A DNA stretch of 64,000 bases from Eledone cirrhosa (GCA_964016885.1 OZ024748.1:45880001-45944000), one strand, 5' to 3'; counted from the stretch's first letter, positions 13,427 to 28,969 are shown. Notes: generated by a model not told the origin, from the letters alone. Program-made: numbers and translations.

Positions 13427-13523
13427 ATATGTATATATATATGTGTATATATATGTATGTATATGTATATATACGTGTATATATGTGTATATATGTATAT
13501 ATATATATATATGTGTGTAAATA

Positions 13524-13567
<44 letters not shown>

Positions 13568-13660
13568 TATGTATATATGTACATATGTATATATATATGT
13601 ACATATGTATACTTATACTCATATATACACATGTACATATACATAAGTATACATATGCAC

Positions 13661-13691
<31 letters not shown>

Positions 13692-14231
13692 TACTTATAT
13701 ATACATTTCTATATATATACATATATATATACATACACATATTTATATACACATATATATATACATATTTATGTATACATATATATATATATACATATAC
13801 TCATATATACACATGTACATATACATATGTATATATGTATATATATATGTATACATAAATATGTATATGCATATATATGTATATGTATATATATATGTGT
13901 ATATAAATATGTGTATGTATATATATATGTATATATATAGAAATGTATATATAAGTATGTATATAGGTGTATATATATGTATATATGTATGTATGTGTAT
14001 GTATATGTATATTTATGTATGTATATGTATGTATTCATATGTATATATCTATATGTATGTATATATCTATATGTATAAAAAACAACAATCAAGATTTATA
14101 TATATTTAAATGTAATCCTAAAGATATATTTTCCGATTGAGTATTTAATATTCTACCATGTTTGGAAATTTCAACATATCTCTTCAATAGGAATTTTTTT
14201 TTCAAGCGCCGTTGGTTGTAATCTGTCTTTG

Positions 14232-14268
14232 ATTGTTGTTGTTGTTGTTGTTGTTACTACTGCTGCTG

Positions 14269-14300
<32 letters not shown>

Positions 14301-14355
14301 CTTCTTCTTCTTCTTCTTCTTCTTCTTCTTCTTCTTCTTCTTCTTCTTCTTCTTC
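14232..14355. repeat. (GTT)n/(CTT)n microsatellite
   Basis: Direct repeat. Confidence 0.95.
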
Positions 14356-14523
14356 ACGTACTTTCGAAATATGTTGTGTTTACTTTGTTTTTTTCGTTAC
14401 TTTTCGTTCCTGCCCCTCAATCTTTTCTCGTTTCTCTTTATTCTTTTCATCAACTATTTTCTGTCTTGCTTTGTTTTCATTTTTTACTTCATCATGTACA
14501 TACATACATACATAGATACACAC

Positions 14524-14554
<31 letters not shown>

Positions 14555-14580
14555 CATACATACATACATACATACATACA

Positions 14581-14611
<31 letters not shown>

Positions 14612-14957
14612 GTATGTATTTATGTATGTATGCATGTAAATCAGCTTGTAGTTTGCTTGACTTATTGTAGTATATGATAAGGGACTTAGATTTTTTAGGT
14701 GTTCACATGTGGACAGGCTTTTAGATATGAAGTTAAAATCGGATGAGAAAACGAAAAAAAATAAAATAGAAAACTAAGGTGATTTTGTTTTCGTACCCGA
14801 TATATTTCGTAATAAAATACATTTATTTTAGATCCAATGTTATCCATTTAGCCGTGTAGTTTGTGTAGGAGTTGTAACTTCAACACAAGCCAAATATAAG
14901 TCTAAAGATTCCTGAAAATGGACAGTGTATCCAAAATATTTCCGGATTAATAAATAA

Positions 14958-15156
14958 GTATATCGGCTTAAAAGTTCATAGGCTGACTATAAAGGAATGA
15001 TGCCTGAGCTGGGAAATCTTACATGTATTAATTTCAAATCTTCTTATTAATAACTACATTATTTCTTTCTATGTTCTATGTTGGAGAATAAACCTGGTTT
15101 GGTCATTCAATGAGAGTATCTTGTTCATCCTATGAATTTTTCAGACGACACTCGTA
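14958..15156. mobile_element. Mariner-type MITE
   Basis: tcggcttaaaagttcataggctga is inverted to tcatcctatgaatttttcagacgacactcgta. Confidence 0.6.
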
Positions 15157-15678
15157 ATATATATAATTCACTTTGATTGTGGTCATGCTGGAGCACTGTC
15201 ATCTAGGAAGAAAGCTGATTATATCGACGGAGCATGCATATTAGTTTATTCCATATTTTATTAAAAAAACTGTGAAGGATTGGATGAAAAATAAACAAAA
15301 CTGACCTTCTGGGCTGCTTGGTAGTTTTTGAATACAACCTATAATGGAACATATCTCACAACACAAGTTATCTTTTGCTGGCGCGCTACCGATTCTGTCA
15401 GCCATGTATCAAATATATATTTAAACAAACAACTTATACTATAGTATGAATTTATTAAATCACCAGCGATCTACATCATCTCTTTTTGAAAACATTTTAT
15501 CATGAAAAAGAGAAAAATGTTCTTTTTGTATTTCATGTTATGTCTTTCTTTCTTCCCATTCATTTTAATTTTACTTTCTTTCAGAAATGTTTTTTTATAA
15601 GCCACTCATTTAATGTTGTTTTTTGTTTCTTGAATTATTTTTTCTCCTTTTTTTTTTCATATTTGTATTCCTGTTCAA

Positions 15679-15756
<78 letters not shown>

Positions 15757-15913
15757 CTATCTGTCTATCTATCTATATATCTATTTATCTCTCTGTATCT
15801 GTCTATTTATCCATTTATCTCTCTCTCTCTATCTATCTATTTATCTATCTATCTCTTACATAAATGTCCGTCTAACTGTTACATAAATCCATGCACATAC
15901 ATGCACATACATG

Positions 15914-15949
<36 letters not shown>

Positions 15950-16063
15950 CATACATTTTTATAACTTTATAATTTGAGTGTTTTCTTTTACATTTATGCA
16001 TATTATATTTTGCAGTTTGTCTTCACTCAAAATTTTATATATACAGAGATACACACGCACACT

Positions 16064-16128
<65 letters not shown>

Positions 16129-16149
16129 TCATATATATATATATATATA

Positions 16150-16181
<32 letters not shown>

Positions 16182-16213
16182 AATATACGCTTATATATAT
16201 ATGTGTGTATATA

Positions 16214-16320
<107 letters not shown>

Positions 16321-17088
16321 GTGTATATATATATATATGTATATATATATAACAAGTAAATCAATCATTGATTAAAATACAAAAACTAAAACATACACAG
16401 CTATAAAGCAATCTTCTTTCTTTCTGAAAATAATCTTCAGTTGCATCACCTTCAATATACCTTTTTCTTTTTTTTCCTCGTGGAAGCAACAGAAAATATT
16501 AAATTCTTTAGAAAAATCCTTGCGGCTATTTTATATTCTAATTGCAAAGCTTACTGAAAATGGCTGACGTGAAAGAAAAAAAAGATCTACCCTTATTATT
16601 TACTTATTTACTTATTTACTTATTTATTTATTTATATACGCCATCTTACAAATGTTTTCATTAAATCGTTTTCTGACACGTTCATATTGGCTCCAAACTA
16701 TACAAGCCCATGGACTGAGGCCATACTGAGGCACTGCCTTTTGGTCATGCTCGTGTTTCCTGGGGAAACTGATAAAGGCCTGTAGGGGAAGAATTTCTAG
16801 AATATTCTTCATAAGCCAAATGACGTGAAGAGGCGAATTAGTAGTCAAATCAAATCAACCTGAAAACGCTACGTGTTCCATCTATCTAGGGACTTAGATC
16901 AAACACAACTCTGGTTAGATATTCCTTTCATTATTTCATGGTTGATGAAATAAAGTTCTATGCCAGGATGGGGAGATTGGTACAATTGATAGGACAAATT
17001 GCTTTATGATCTTTGTTTCAGAGTTCTGTGCACTGAGCTCAAATCATACAGCGGGTATCTATCTATCTGGCTGGTGTCGGTCCCGTCT

Positions 17089-18910
17089 TCAGAGGCTGGA
17101 TCGCTGCCATGCACACCGGCATCTGCTCGGCAGTCAAGGTCAATGGCTACCTATCGGAGCCATTCCAAATCATGTTTCCATTCGTCAGTGATGCCCTCTC
17201 TCCTCCATTCTGTATGAACTGACCCTCGAGCCATTACTGCGGAAGTTGGAGCTGTTGCAGGGCATTCCGATCGAAACAGGACTGCGGAAAGCAGCGTCGG
17301 CCTATGCCGAAGACATAACCGTAATAGTGTCGAAAACCTCGGAAATCGGGATAATCGGCAACCTATTACAGGAATACGAAACGTTGACAGGAGCAAGACT
17401 AAACCCAAACAAGTCTGACGGTTTGCAACTCGGCACATGGAGAGGCAAACCCATGCGTTCCGACACTGTCGTTGGACGCTGGGCGGAAGGACCGGTGAAA
17501 TTGCTCGGGGTCTGGTTTGGTCCAGACATCCAGGTGGATAAGAACTAGAACGAGGTCACGGCGAAGGTGTTTGCACTCACCCAGAAGTGGGCTGAGTGCA
17601 AACTCTCCTTGAAAGGTCGAGCGGAGGTGGCAAACACTTACATAGCGTCCGTCATCTACCAACGCTTGACAGTCGTGCCTTGTCCCCGCGAATACCTCAC
17701 CAAAATGGAACACCTACTCTTCAAGTTCCTCTGTAAGAAACAGGCTCCATTGGTGAGGAAATCAATATGCTGTCAACACCCTTCTAACGGAGGGCTGGGC
17801 ATGCGTGGCTGAAGATGCGCAAACACGTGCTGAGGCTACGCCATCTCTTGGAGTTCCTGACCGGTGAACCGGTGTGACTGTCGTTTGTGAGACGAGCTCT
17901 TCCACAACTCGTCTCACTAACAGAGCTGCAGTCCTTGGTCAAGCGAAGACGTCATATGGGTGCCTGGCACCTCGAGTGACTTCAAGTCTCACAGCCCTCT
18001 TCCAAGTGGAAACGGCAATCAGCGGAGACTCCACTTCGACATTCTATAGGTGATTAGTGGAGAATAAGTGCGACGATTTTCTCGGGAAATTCTAAATATC
18101 GAGGAGGACGAACTGACCAGTCTGTTCGGGAGGACTTTCCGTCCAGGGCCTATGGTTAACTTCTAGACGTCTTTGGCCTAACAAAATCTACAGGCACGGA
18201 CACCTCGGCAAAGTTCCTGCCAAAAGGACCTGTCCAAGATGCGAGCAGGACATCGAAACCGTTCTACACCCGATTGTTCAGTGCCCACGGGTGACCGACC
18301 TGTGGAATTATGTCGAACAGCCAATGCCACGTGTGGGACGCATCCAGTTGTCAACCGAGGCCATCGTGAGGATCAATCCAGCGCCTTCACTTAAGAATGA
18401 AGGAGAGGCGATTTTCCTCTGCCTGGTGGCTATGCCGAAAGAGGTAATATGGTAGACGAGGTTAAAAGGACTGAGGGCAAACACCTTTCACTCCGGACAA
18501 CAACTTATCCTCTTCTTTAAGTACCACTTCAGGAGGAAGGTGAGAGTGGAGAGAGAGGTGTTACACCCCAGTAAATTATAAATTCGCTGAAAGGTGGGTG
18601 AATGTGGAGAAAATTGCCCGAGTGAATGGGCCTTCTCTGTATATAAACCTGTAGGTTGAGGAAGATAAACAGAGGGAAGACAGGAACACCTACAAAACGT
18701 GTTCCTGGTGTGGAGGGTTGTTCTATCCACGGGATGTAAAACAACCCCGCAGTAACGTTCTCTCCTATTGGGGATTTCAATTGTTATTTTATTATATATA
18801 GTTTATTGTTATTTATTAATGTTAAAGTTATATGATTCATATGTAAAACCCTCCCCGTCACATCTTATAATGCCCCGTTTTTGTACGCCCCTATGACAAA
18901 TGAAGAAAGA
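17089..18910 (+). mobile_element. 5'-truncated degenerate L1/Tx1-clade LINE (RT domain to 3' UTR)
   Basis: SAYAEDITV (YADD-like), LTGARLNPNKS, VKLLGVWFG, LSLKGRAEVAN, GGLGM. Multiple stops. Flanked by (TATC)n. Confidence 0.88.
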
Positions 18911-18973
<63 letters not shown>

Positions 18974-18974
18974 A

Positions 18975-20092
18975 AGGTTACGGCCCCTCCAGGTATTCCT
19001 CACCGGTCAACAGGTGTGGGCCCCGGCTGTGAGGCGAGCCTTTCCCAGATTCGTCTCGCTCACCGAGCTGCAATTTTGGGTCAAGCAAAGACCGAGAAAA
19101 TTGGGCGCCTGGCACACCGAGTGTGCCCAGGTGCTCACGGCTCTCTGGCAGGCGGACTCGGCTGTTAGTGGAGAATCCACCTCGTCATTCTATAGAGGGC
19201 TGGTGGTTAGCAGGTGCGACGACGCCCTCCGAGAAGCCTTAGGCATGGAGGAAAACGAACTGGCCAACCTGTTCGGTAGGACATTCAGCCCGGGACCTAT
19301 GCATAATTTCCAGAGGTCCCTGGCCTGGCAGTGCTACTGAGGGGCTCTGCCCGTTTGAGAAAGGCTCTACAGACACGGGTGCCCGGGTAGGGACCCCTCG
19401 AAAAAGATCTGTCCCAGATGCGTGTGCGACGAGGAAACCGTTGCACACGCATTGGTACACTGATCGGGCATTGCCGATCTGTGGGGCTATGTCGAACGAC
19501 TGCTGTCACGGTTGGGACCGATCCGGTTGACCACCGAGTTTATTGTAACGATCAAGCCGCCTCCCCTCCTCAAAAACGAAGGAGAGGCGGTGTTTCTTTG
19601 CGTAATAGCCATGGTGAAAAAGGTTATATGGTGGACGCGTCTGAAAGGATTGAGGTCAGACACCTTTCCTTCTGGCTAACAACTGGTCCGTTTCTTCCGA
19701 TATCATTTCGGAAGAAGGATCAGGATGGAGAGAGAGGTGCTGCAACCCAGCCGTTTTTGGGAAAGATGGGTGAAAGTGGCGAGAATGGCCCGTGTGAATG
19801 GGCCTTCACTCTACATCATACTGTAGGTGAGTAAGATGAAAGATCACCCTCTCTCCGTGCTCCTGAGGAGAAGGGTTGCGCACTTTTTCGGGGGGAGGGG
19901 GTGCGACCCCCCAAGGCGCCTCCTCCCTATTGAGGATTTTGTTATTCAATTTATTTTTGTTATATTTTATATTTTATATTTTTATATTTTCTTATTGTCT
20001 CCTCCTTATTGAGGACGCCTTGTTATGTAACCCTCCCCCCCATTGTACTTGTCCCACTCTGTGACGCCCTGGTGGCAAATAAAAAGAAAGTT
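18975..20092 (+). mobile_element. Second L1/Tx1 3' fragment, related subfamily
   Basis: Homologous to ~17830-18900. C-terminal CPRC..EET..HAL knuckle. AATAAA at ~20078. Confidence 0.85.
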
Positions 20093-20189
20093 ATCTATTT
20101 ATTTTTCTGTCTGTCTGTCAGTCAGTCTGTCTGGCTATCATCTAACTACATATCTATGAATCTATTTATCTATATTCATATATATATAA

Positions 20190-20301
20190 GTTGAAAAAAA
20201 TGAAAACGAAATTTCATTTCTCACTCTTAGTACGGCACTTACTTAAATGTAAGTATGTATGTATACGTACATACATATATGTATACAGACGCACAGTAGC
20301 A

Positions 20302-20383
<82 letters not shown>

Positions 20384-20830
20384 CAGGTACACATACATAT
20401 ATGCACGCATCAGTTTAGCGGACGCTTATTATAACGCCGCTTTGTTCGTTTGTCAACAAACTGAACAGCCTGAATTTATGCCATACGGTGTTAAGGCAAC
20501 CACGTCACCTTTTTGTTCAACACTGACACAGGAACGATGTACTAGTTTCAAGCTTGTTAGCTATCATCAGCACCGTTTACCCATCTGCCAGATAGTTGAA
20601 CGTTCGAAAGTATATACTTTCCTTATGAAAATTAACGGCTGAGCAGCATAATTTGCATATTGAGTGAGTTAAATCGGTCAGGCATACCGAAAACGATAGG
20701 TTGAAAAAAATGAAAACGAAATTTCATTTCTCACTCTTAGTATGGCACTTACTTAAATGTAAGTATGCGTACATACATATATGTATACAGACGTACAGTA
20801 GCATGTATATATATATATATATATATATAT
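20190..20830 (-). mobile_element. ORF-less retrozyme-like unit: hammerhead between ~110-bp direct repeats (period 510)
   Basis: Direct repeats at 20190-20305 and 20700-20808. Confidence 0.65.
20533..20577 (-). ncRNA. Type I hammerhead ribozyme
   Basis: aacggtg-CTGATGA-tagctaacaagctt-GAA-actagt-A-catcgtt. 7-bp stem I and palindromic stem III. Confidence 0.88.
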
Positions 20831-20985
20831 ATGCATGCTACTGTACGTCTGTATACATATATGTATGTACGTATACATACATACTTCCATATATATATAA
20901 ATTAATATATATTAAAAAAAGAAACTACAATCGTCAATCGCTATCGAGTATGAGTTGGTAGCATGTATTTCTCTCTCTCTCTCTC

Positions 20986-21054
<69 letters not shown>

Positions 21055-21256
21055 ATATATATATATATATACACTCACATACATGTGTATATGGGCTCTG
21101 ATTAATGGGTTGGTATTGCTAACATACAAAGCTCATTATATTATTGAGGCGGGTGGAATTGTATCGATTCTTCTCATCTAACTTCGTAAACTAATATTTA
21201 TATAATCTCCCAACTGACAGACGATTGTAAGTTGAACGTTTTTATTTATTCTAGTT

Positions 21257-21288
<32 letters not shown>

Positions 21289-21334
21289 TATGGAATACTG
21301 TTGGCTTCTTGCTACAATAATTTCTATACTTTTC

Positions 21335-21412
<78 letters not shown>

Positions 21413-21875
21413 TTTTAATATAGATGAGATTCTACAGGACTAGAACTGTTTCATTCATTAGAAATCATCAGGAATCTGGGTATCAAAAAATAAATATGGT
21501 ATTTATAGGTCTCTACAAGTGGTAGGAGAGGGTGGGGAGTGGGATGGGTGCAGGTCATTGGTTGATAGAAAAGGGAATTCATTAAAAGCTAATTCTACAA
21601 AGCTATAGTTAATTTTTATTTTTATTTATATTTATTTATGTTTTTAGAGTAACAAAGGCAGACAGAATTCTATAAACAGGTTCCGGATGGCATACCATTC
21701 CTTGTCAATAAGTTTCTCTTAAGCTAACAGATGTCTATAAAATCAGTGAGGGGTCAGTCATGCTCGATAGAATTAAAGAAAAGGGAGATTCTTTAAAAGC
21801 TAAAGTCATTAAGGTTCTACTAAGTGACAAAGGTTTAGAGAATTCTGCAGACAGATTCAAAATACTGAGTGCATA

Positions 21876-23047
21876 GTGACTCGGCTGAAATTAGCGACCT
21901 TGTGGGCCTGTACATCCTACATAACCTGAAGAACCTCTTTACCGGCCTAACTGGAGGTTTATACCGAGACGACGGCCTCTTCGCCCTGCATAAGGTTAGC
22001 CCCAGAACCACCGATGGGTTTCGGAAAAACTTAAGCTCTTTCTTCTCTAATCTAGGATTTAGTATAACTATAGATTCTAATTTGACTAGGGCCAACTTCT
22101 TAGATGTCACTCTCGACCTAGATACTTCCCTCTATTACCCGTACCACAAACCTAACGAGTCCCATAAATATATTAATGTTAATTCAAACCACCCCCAAAA
22201 CATTACTGATAACCTAGTAAAAAGCGTCTCTATTAGAATATCTGGCCTCTCCGCCAACAAAGATATTTTTAATGCATCTGCCTCCTACTACAATGACGCC
22301 CTAGCCCGTAGCGGATTTAAAGATAAGATAACTTACCTAGAAACCACCGCAAAATTGCAGAGGAGGAATAGACATAGGCAGATTAGCTGGTACAACCCTC
22401 CCTTCAATAGAGAGGTATCGACTCCGATAGTTAGGATTTTCTTCACTTTACTGAAATTACACTTCCCCATACAACATAGGTACTACACCATCTTTAATAA
22501 GAACACTATAAGACTGTCTTACTCCACCACACCTAACCTAGCTAGGAATATAGCCAACCACAACTCTAAACTAAATAAGCCAACCACCTCCGAAACCAAT
22601 CCCCGGACTGGGGCTCTATGTAATTGCCTAAATAAGGAAGCATGCCCACTAGAAAACAAATGCCTCACAAATGACATCGTATACAAATGCGATGTCATCT
22701 CGGGCACCGAGGATTGCATAAACTCCAACAACTTTAAGACCCGTTGGTATGCCCATACCCACTCCTTCAGAAGACCGGATAAATCAAATCTAACAACACT
22801 CGCCTCCTACGTTTGGGACCTCAAAAGGAACTCCACCCCCTTCACGCTTAATTGGAAAATACTCCAGAAAGCGCGCTCTTACAACGGAGGACACAAGGGC
22901 TGCGACCTTTGTATTTCAGAGAGCTACGAAATTTTATTCGCCAAGGGCCCGCTACTGAACAAACTCTCTGAAGACTGCCCGAACTGCATGCACAAGAACT
23001 TTGCAACATTCAAACACTTTAAGCCAGTGTTAAAGCCCGATGGCTAA
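21876..23047 (+). pseudogene. PLE polyprotein C-terminal half (RT palm/thumb plus GIY-YIG endonuclease)
   Basis: DSAEISDLVG, GGLYRDDG, NFLDVTLDL, SNHP, WYNPPF, CNC..CPL..CL, IVYKC, CDLC. Open frame but 5'-truncated, and YIG is absent. Confidence 0.9.
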
Positions 23048-23265
23048 AAACGACCTCCCCCTATTGGCCCCTATACCTCCTCCCCACCCTACCCCCACCC
23101 CTCCTCAACCTGAAATACGGCCACTATGGTCATGTGAGTACCTCTTTCGTATCTACATTTTCTGCCTGTAGAGGTGTCTTTATGTGCCTGTGTATATGCG
23201 TATATTTATTGAGTACCTATTTACTTGTATGTGTATATATTTGTTTGTATATGTGTATATGTGTA

Positions 23266-23340
<75 letters not shown>

Positions 23341-23445
23341 GTATATATATATGTTTGTGTGTATATGTGTTTTATGTGTGTATATTTATGTAGGTATATG
23401 TATGTATGTGTTTGTGTATATGTATGTATGTATGTATATATGTAT

Positions 23446-23479
<34 letters not shown>

Positions 23480-23616
23480 GTGTGTATATGTGTCTATGTA
23501 TGTATGTATGTATGTATATGTGTGTATGTGTGTGTGTATGTTTATGTATATGTATGTGTATGTGTGTATGTATGTATGTGTGTGTATATGTGTGTATATA
23601 TATATGTGTATATGTA

Positions 23617-23675
<59 letters not shown>

Positions 23676-23713
23676 GTGTATGTATGCATGTATATGTATG
23701 TATGTGTGTATGT

Positions 23714-23765
<52 letters not shown>

Positions 23766-23823
23766 GTATGTGTATATGTATGTATGTATATGTATGTGTG
23801 TATGTATGTATGTATGTGTGTGC

Positions 23824-23909
<86 letters not shown>

Positions 23910-24074
23910 GTATATATGTATATATATATGTATATGATTGTGTGGGCAGGTGTGTATATATATATATATATATATACATATGTATATATATGTATATGTA
24001 TGTGTGTGTATTTGTATGTATATATGTATATGCGTGTATGTGTGTGTGTGTATATGTATGTATATGAATGTGAG

Positions 24075-24108
<34 letters not shown>

Positions 24109-24130
24109 TATTTGTGTGTATATATATGTG

Positions 24131-24167
<37 letters not shown>

Positions 24168-24196
24168 GTATGTGTATGTGTGTGTATATGTGTATA

Positions 24197-24265
<69 letters not shown>

Positions 24266-24290
24266 GTGTATGTATGTGTATATGTGTGTG

Positions 24291-24322
<32 letters not shown>

Positions 24323-24510
24323 CGTATGTGTGTATATGTGTGTGTATATATATGTGTATATGTATGTGTATGTGTGTATGTATATGTATATATGTGTGTA
24401 TGTGTGTGTATTTGTGTGTGTATATGTATATATGTGTGTGTATATGTATGTATGTATATATATATGTATATATATATGTATATATGTATGTATATATATA
24501 TATATATTAT

Positions 24511-25116
24511 GTCAGGTCACCACTTGGTGCTACTGGTAACACGTATCCCAGTACAACCTGTCTCATGGTCGGGTCGTTGGCGACTAAACTGGCAACCCCA
24601 CTAAGGTTTCTTGGTGAGGAGGGTGACTTTGGACATCCTGCAGGACTAAAAACAAAACCTGTCAAAGGGCAAAGGAGCTCTTAAGAGTCAATGGCCATCC
24701 AAAATCACCGGGAGAGATGACCCCTTAGCCTTTGTCAAGGCAGAATTCTAGGAGAAGGAAAACTCTGACATAACACCTGCAACCCTGATGGTATCCAATG
24801 ATGTTGACTTGTTCTTCTTTTTGGTAAATATCATCTTGGTTAAGAGAGTGGGACTGGCTTTGTGCAGTGCCTTTGCTCACTATAAAAGCTTCACGGCACA
24901 GGCATTGCTTTGTATCTGGAGATCTCTCTGCACTTGTCATTACATGGTACCATGGGCCCAGCACTATGTGTCAATAATTGTCACAAGTGTAGTGTTTGTA
25001 CCAGAGTTTTCAAGTTGCTGGCTGGACTAAAAAGTCACACTCGTTCAGCGTATCGGTAGGGGTTCTCCTACATGGTTATAAAGTAGTGGCCGTACTCGAA
25101 AACGAGTTGGCAGCCA

Positions 25117-25119
<3 letters not shown>
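24511..25119 (+). mobile_element. ~600-bp retroposon, copy 2, nested in the PLE's microsatellite
   Basis: Near-identical to 9408-10016. Confidence 0.8.
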
Positions 25120-25158
<39 letters not shown>

Positions 25159-25304
25159 ATGTATATGTATGTATATATGTGTGTATATATACATATATAT
25201 GTGTGCATGAGAGAGAGAGTGTGTGTATATATATTTTGTGTGTGGGTGTGTGTATGTGTGTATGCGCGTGTGTGTGTATATATATATATATATGTGTGTT
25301 TATG

Positions 25305-25387
<83 letters not shown>

Positions 25388-25524
25388 ATGTATATGGGTG
25401 TGTATATGTGCGTTATATGTCTGTATATATCTGTGTATATTTATGTATAGGTCTGTGTATGTATGTGTATGTTTGTGTATGTATGGATATATATATATAT
25501 GTATATGTATGTGTGTGTATAGAG

Positions 25525-25564
<40 letters not shown>

Positions 25565-25575
25565 GTATATATATG

Positions 25576-25606
<31 letters not shown>

Positions 25607-25628
25607 ATGTATGTGTATGTGTGTGTGT

Positions 25629-25708
<80 letters not shown>

Positions 25709-25739
25709 ATATATGTGTGTGTGTGTGTATGTGTGTGTA

Positions 25740-25844
<105 letters not shown>

Positions 25845-26558
25845 ATGTATTGTGTATATGTATTATATATGTATGTATGTATGTATGTGTGTATGTATGT
25901 GTGTGTACATGAATATATATTTTTATATATATTTATATATTTTTTTATATATGTGTGTGTGTTTTTATGTGTGTATATGTGTTTGTGTGTGTGTTTATGG
26001 TTGCGCGTAAGTGTGTGAGTGAGTATATGTGTTTTTTTGTTTTTTATGTGTGTTTTTTTGTTTTTCTGTTTTTTTGTTTTTTTGTTTTTTTGTGAATGTG
26101 TCTGTTGATTTTTGGCATATTGTTGATTAGTTTAAGAGAAGTTCGAAGATAATAGTAAGATATGCACTCAGTATTTTGAATCTGTCTGCAGAATTCTCTA
26201 GACCTTTGTCACTTAGTAGAACCTTAATGACTTTAGCTTTTAAAGAATCTCCCTTTTCTTTAATTCTATCGAGCATGACTGACCCCCCACTGATTTTATA
26301 GACATCTGTTAGCTTAAGAGAAACTTATTGACAAGGAATGGTATGCCATCCGGAACCTGTTTATAGAATTCTGTCTGCCTTTGTTACTCTAAAAACATAA
26401 ATAAATATAAATAAAAATAAAAATTAACTATAGCTTTGTAGAATTAGCTTTTAATGAATTCCCTTTTCTATCAACCAATGACCTGCACCCATCCCACTCC
26501 CCACCCTCTCCTACCACTTGTAGAGACCTATAAATACCATATTTATTTTTTGATACCC

Positions 26559-26609
26559 AGATTCCTGATGATTTCTAATGAATGAAACAGTTCTAGTCCT
26601 GTAGAATCT
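26559..26609 (+). ncRNA. Type I hammerhead in pLTR (mirror copy at 21427-21477, minus strand)
   Basis: agattc-CTGATGA-tttctaatgaat-GAA-acagttctagtcctgt-A-gaatct. Confidence 0.85.
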
Positions 26610-26729
26610 CATCTATATTAAAACTGTTATACTCTGCTATGTATTGAGTACCTTACTTACTGTGGTTACCTCCGATTCAACCCGGAATAATGTATATATA
26701 TATATACATATATTTATACATATATATAC

Positions 26730-26792
<63 letters not shown>

Positions 26793-26799
26793 TATATAC

Positions 26800-27507
<708 letters not shown>

Positions 27508-27566
27508 TAACAGATTAAAGTTTAAGCAAAGAATCGCTGGATTTTAGTCTTCAAATTTATTATTAT

Positions 27567-27611
<45 letters not shown>

Positions 27612-27614
<3 letters not shown>

Positions 27615-28492
27615 TAGCATTAAAGCCCGGCGTTGCTCGGGGTCAGTAAGTTACCAAAGTTAGGTTGCACCACCCATTTTATGGCAGCACTTTTTTGTCT
27701 GCCAGGCACTGGGTGAATGAAGTGCAGACCTGGACTGCCAAAGCAGGAGCTACGCCAGCAGTGACAATTGTAGTTTTGCCTATGGATATTATCTCTGTGC
27801 AAAGAAGTGTTGAAATTTATTGTTTCACAGTACTTGCGCAACACGCGCGTAGACGATGCCAGCCGAACAACAGAGCTGCGATGGAGTTGTTCTGCATGGT
27901 TGTCTAATGTTTGTTTTCTAAATTTAAGACAGTAGGGTGTGGTGTGATATGGGGGATAGTTAGCTGCTGTTTCTAGCAGGTGTAGTGACCACATAGAGGA
28001 TATTATTGTGTATAGTAAATGAACTGGTACTTCTTTCTTCCACGTTCGTTGATAGATGTTTTAAAAAGATTTATCTTGAATAAATTTATCTGTTGCTTTT
28101 GAATAATTGTTGTTTCGTATGAAATGTAATAAGTTCTCTTTGTCATTGAAGTAAATAAATGTTTGACTGTTTCACACTCAAAAACAAACGTTCTCTCTCC
28201 CTCTCTCTCCCTCTCACTCTCCTTTTCTCTCTGTTAAACTTTAAGGGGAGTAGAGAGAGGTATTCTGATTGTATTAGAGGGGTAAAGCGTCATCTATTTA
28301 GTTTTATCGATTATTTCCGTAATTGTGGGTGAGTGTGAATGAAATAAATACTCGTTGAACTAATATAGACCATTTACAACATTCTTACAGACTTTGAGTC
28401 GAATCGGTTTGAAATTGTGCAAATGTATAAACATGGAACATGCACACACTCACACACACATCCACAACAACAACAATCTGCCTTTTATAGAT
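27612..28492. mobile_element. Helentron/DINE-1-like non-autonomous rolling-circle element
   Basis: Begins tactag..cccggcgttgctcggg (hairpin). Ends with a CA-rich tract and ttttatagata. Possible decayed PIF1 motif inside. Confidence 0.5.
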
Positions 28493-28680
28493 AATTGTTT
28501 CTACTTTAGGCACAAGGCCAGCAATTATGCAGTACATTACTGGTACTTTATTTTATCGACCCCGTAAGGATGAAAGGCAAAGTTAACCTCGGCGGGATTT
28601 GAACTCAGACTGTAGAGGGACGTAAGTATGCTAGAAAGCATGGCGTCCAACCCTCTAGCGATACAACCAATTCACCGCCC
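28492..28680 (-). mobile_element. tRNA-derived SINE
   Basis: Near-identical to 6728-6908. Confidence 0.8.
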
Positions 28681-28768
28681 TTTTCCACTGCCTTTTATAT
28701 ATAATGATATATATATATATGCATATATATATATATATAATATATATGTATATATATATACATATATG

Positions 28769-28813
<45 letters not shown>

Positions 28814-28870
28814 TATATATACACATATATGTATATATATATATATATAATATATATATATATATACACA

Positions 28871-28919
<49 letters not shown>

Positions 28920-28928
28920 TATATATAT

Positions 28929-28965
<37 letters not shown>

Positions 28966-28969
<4 letters not shown>

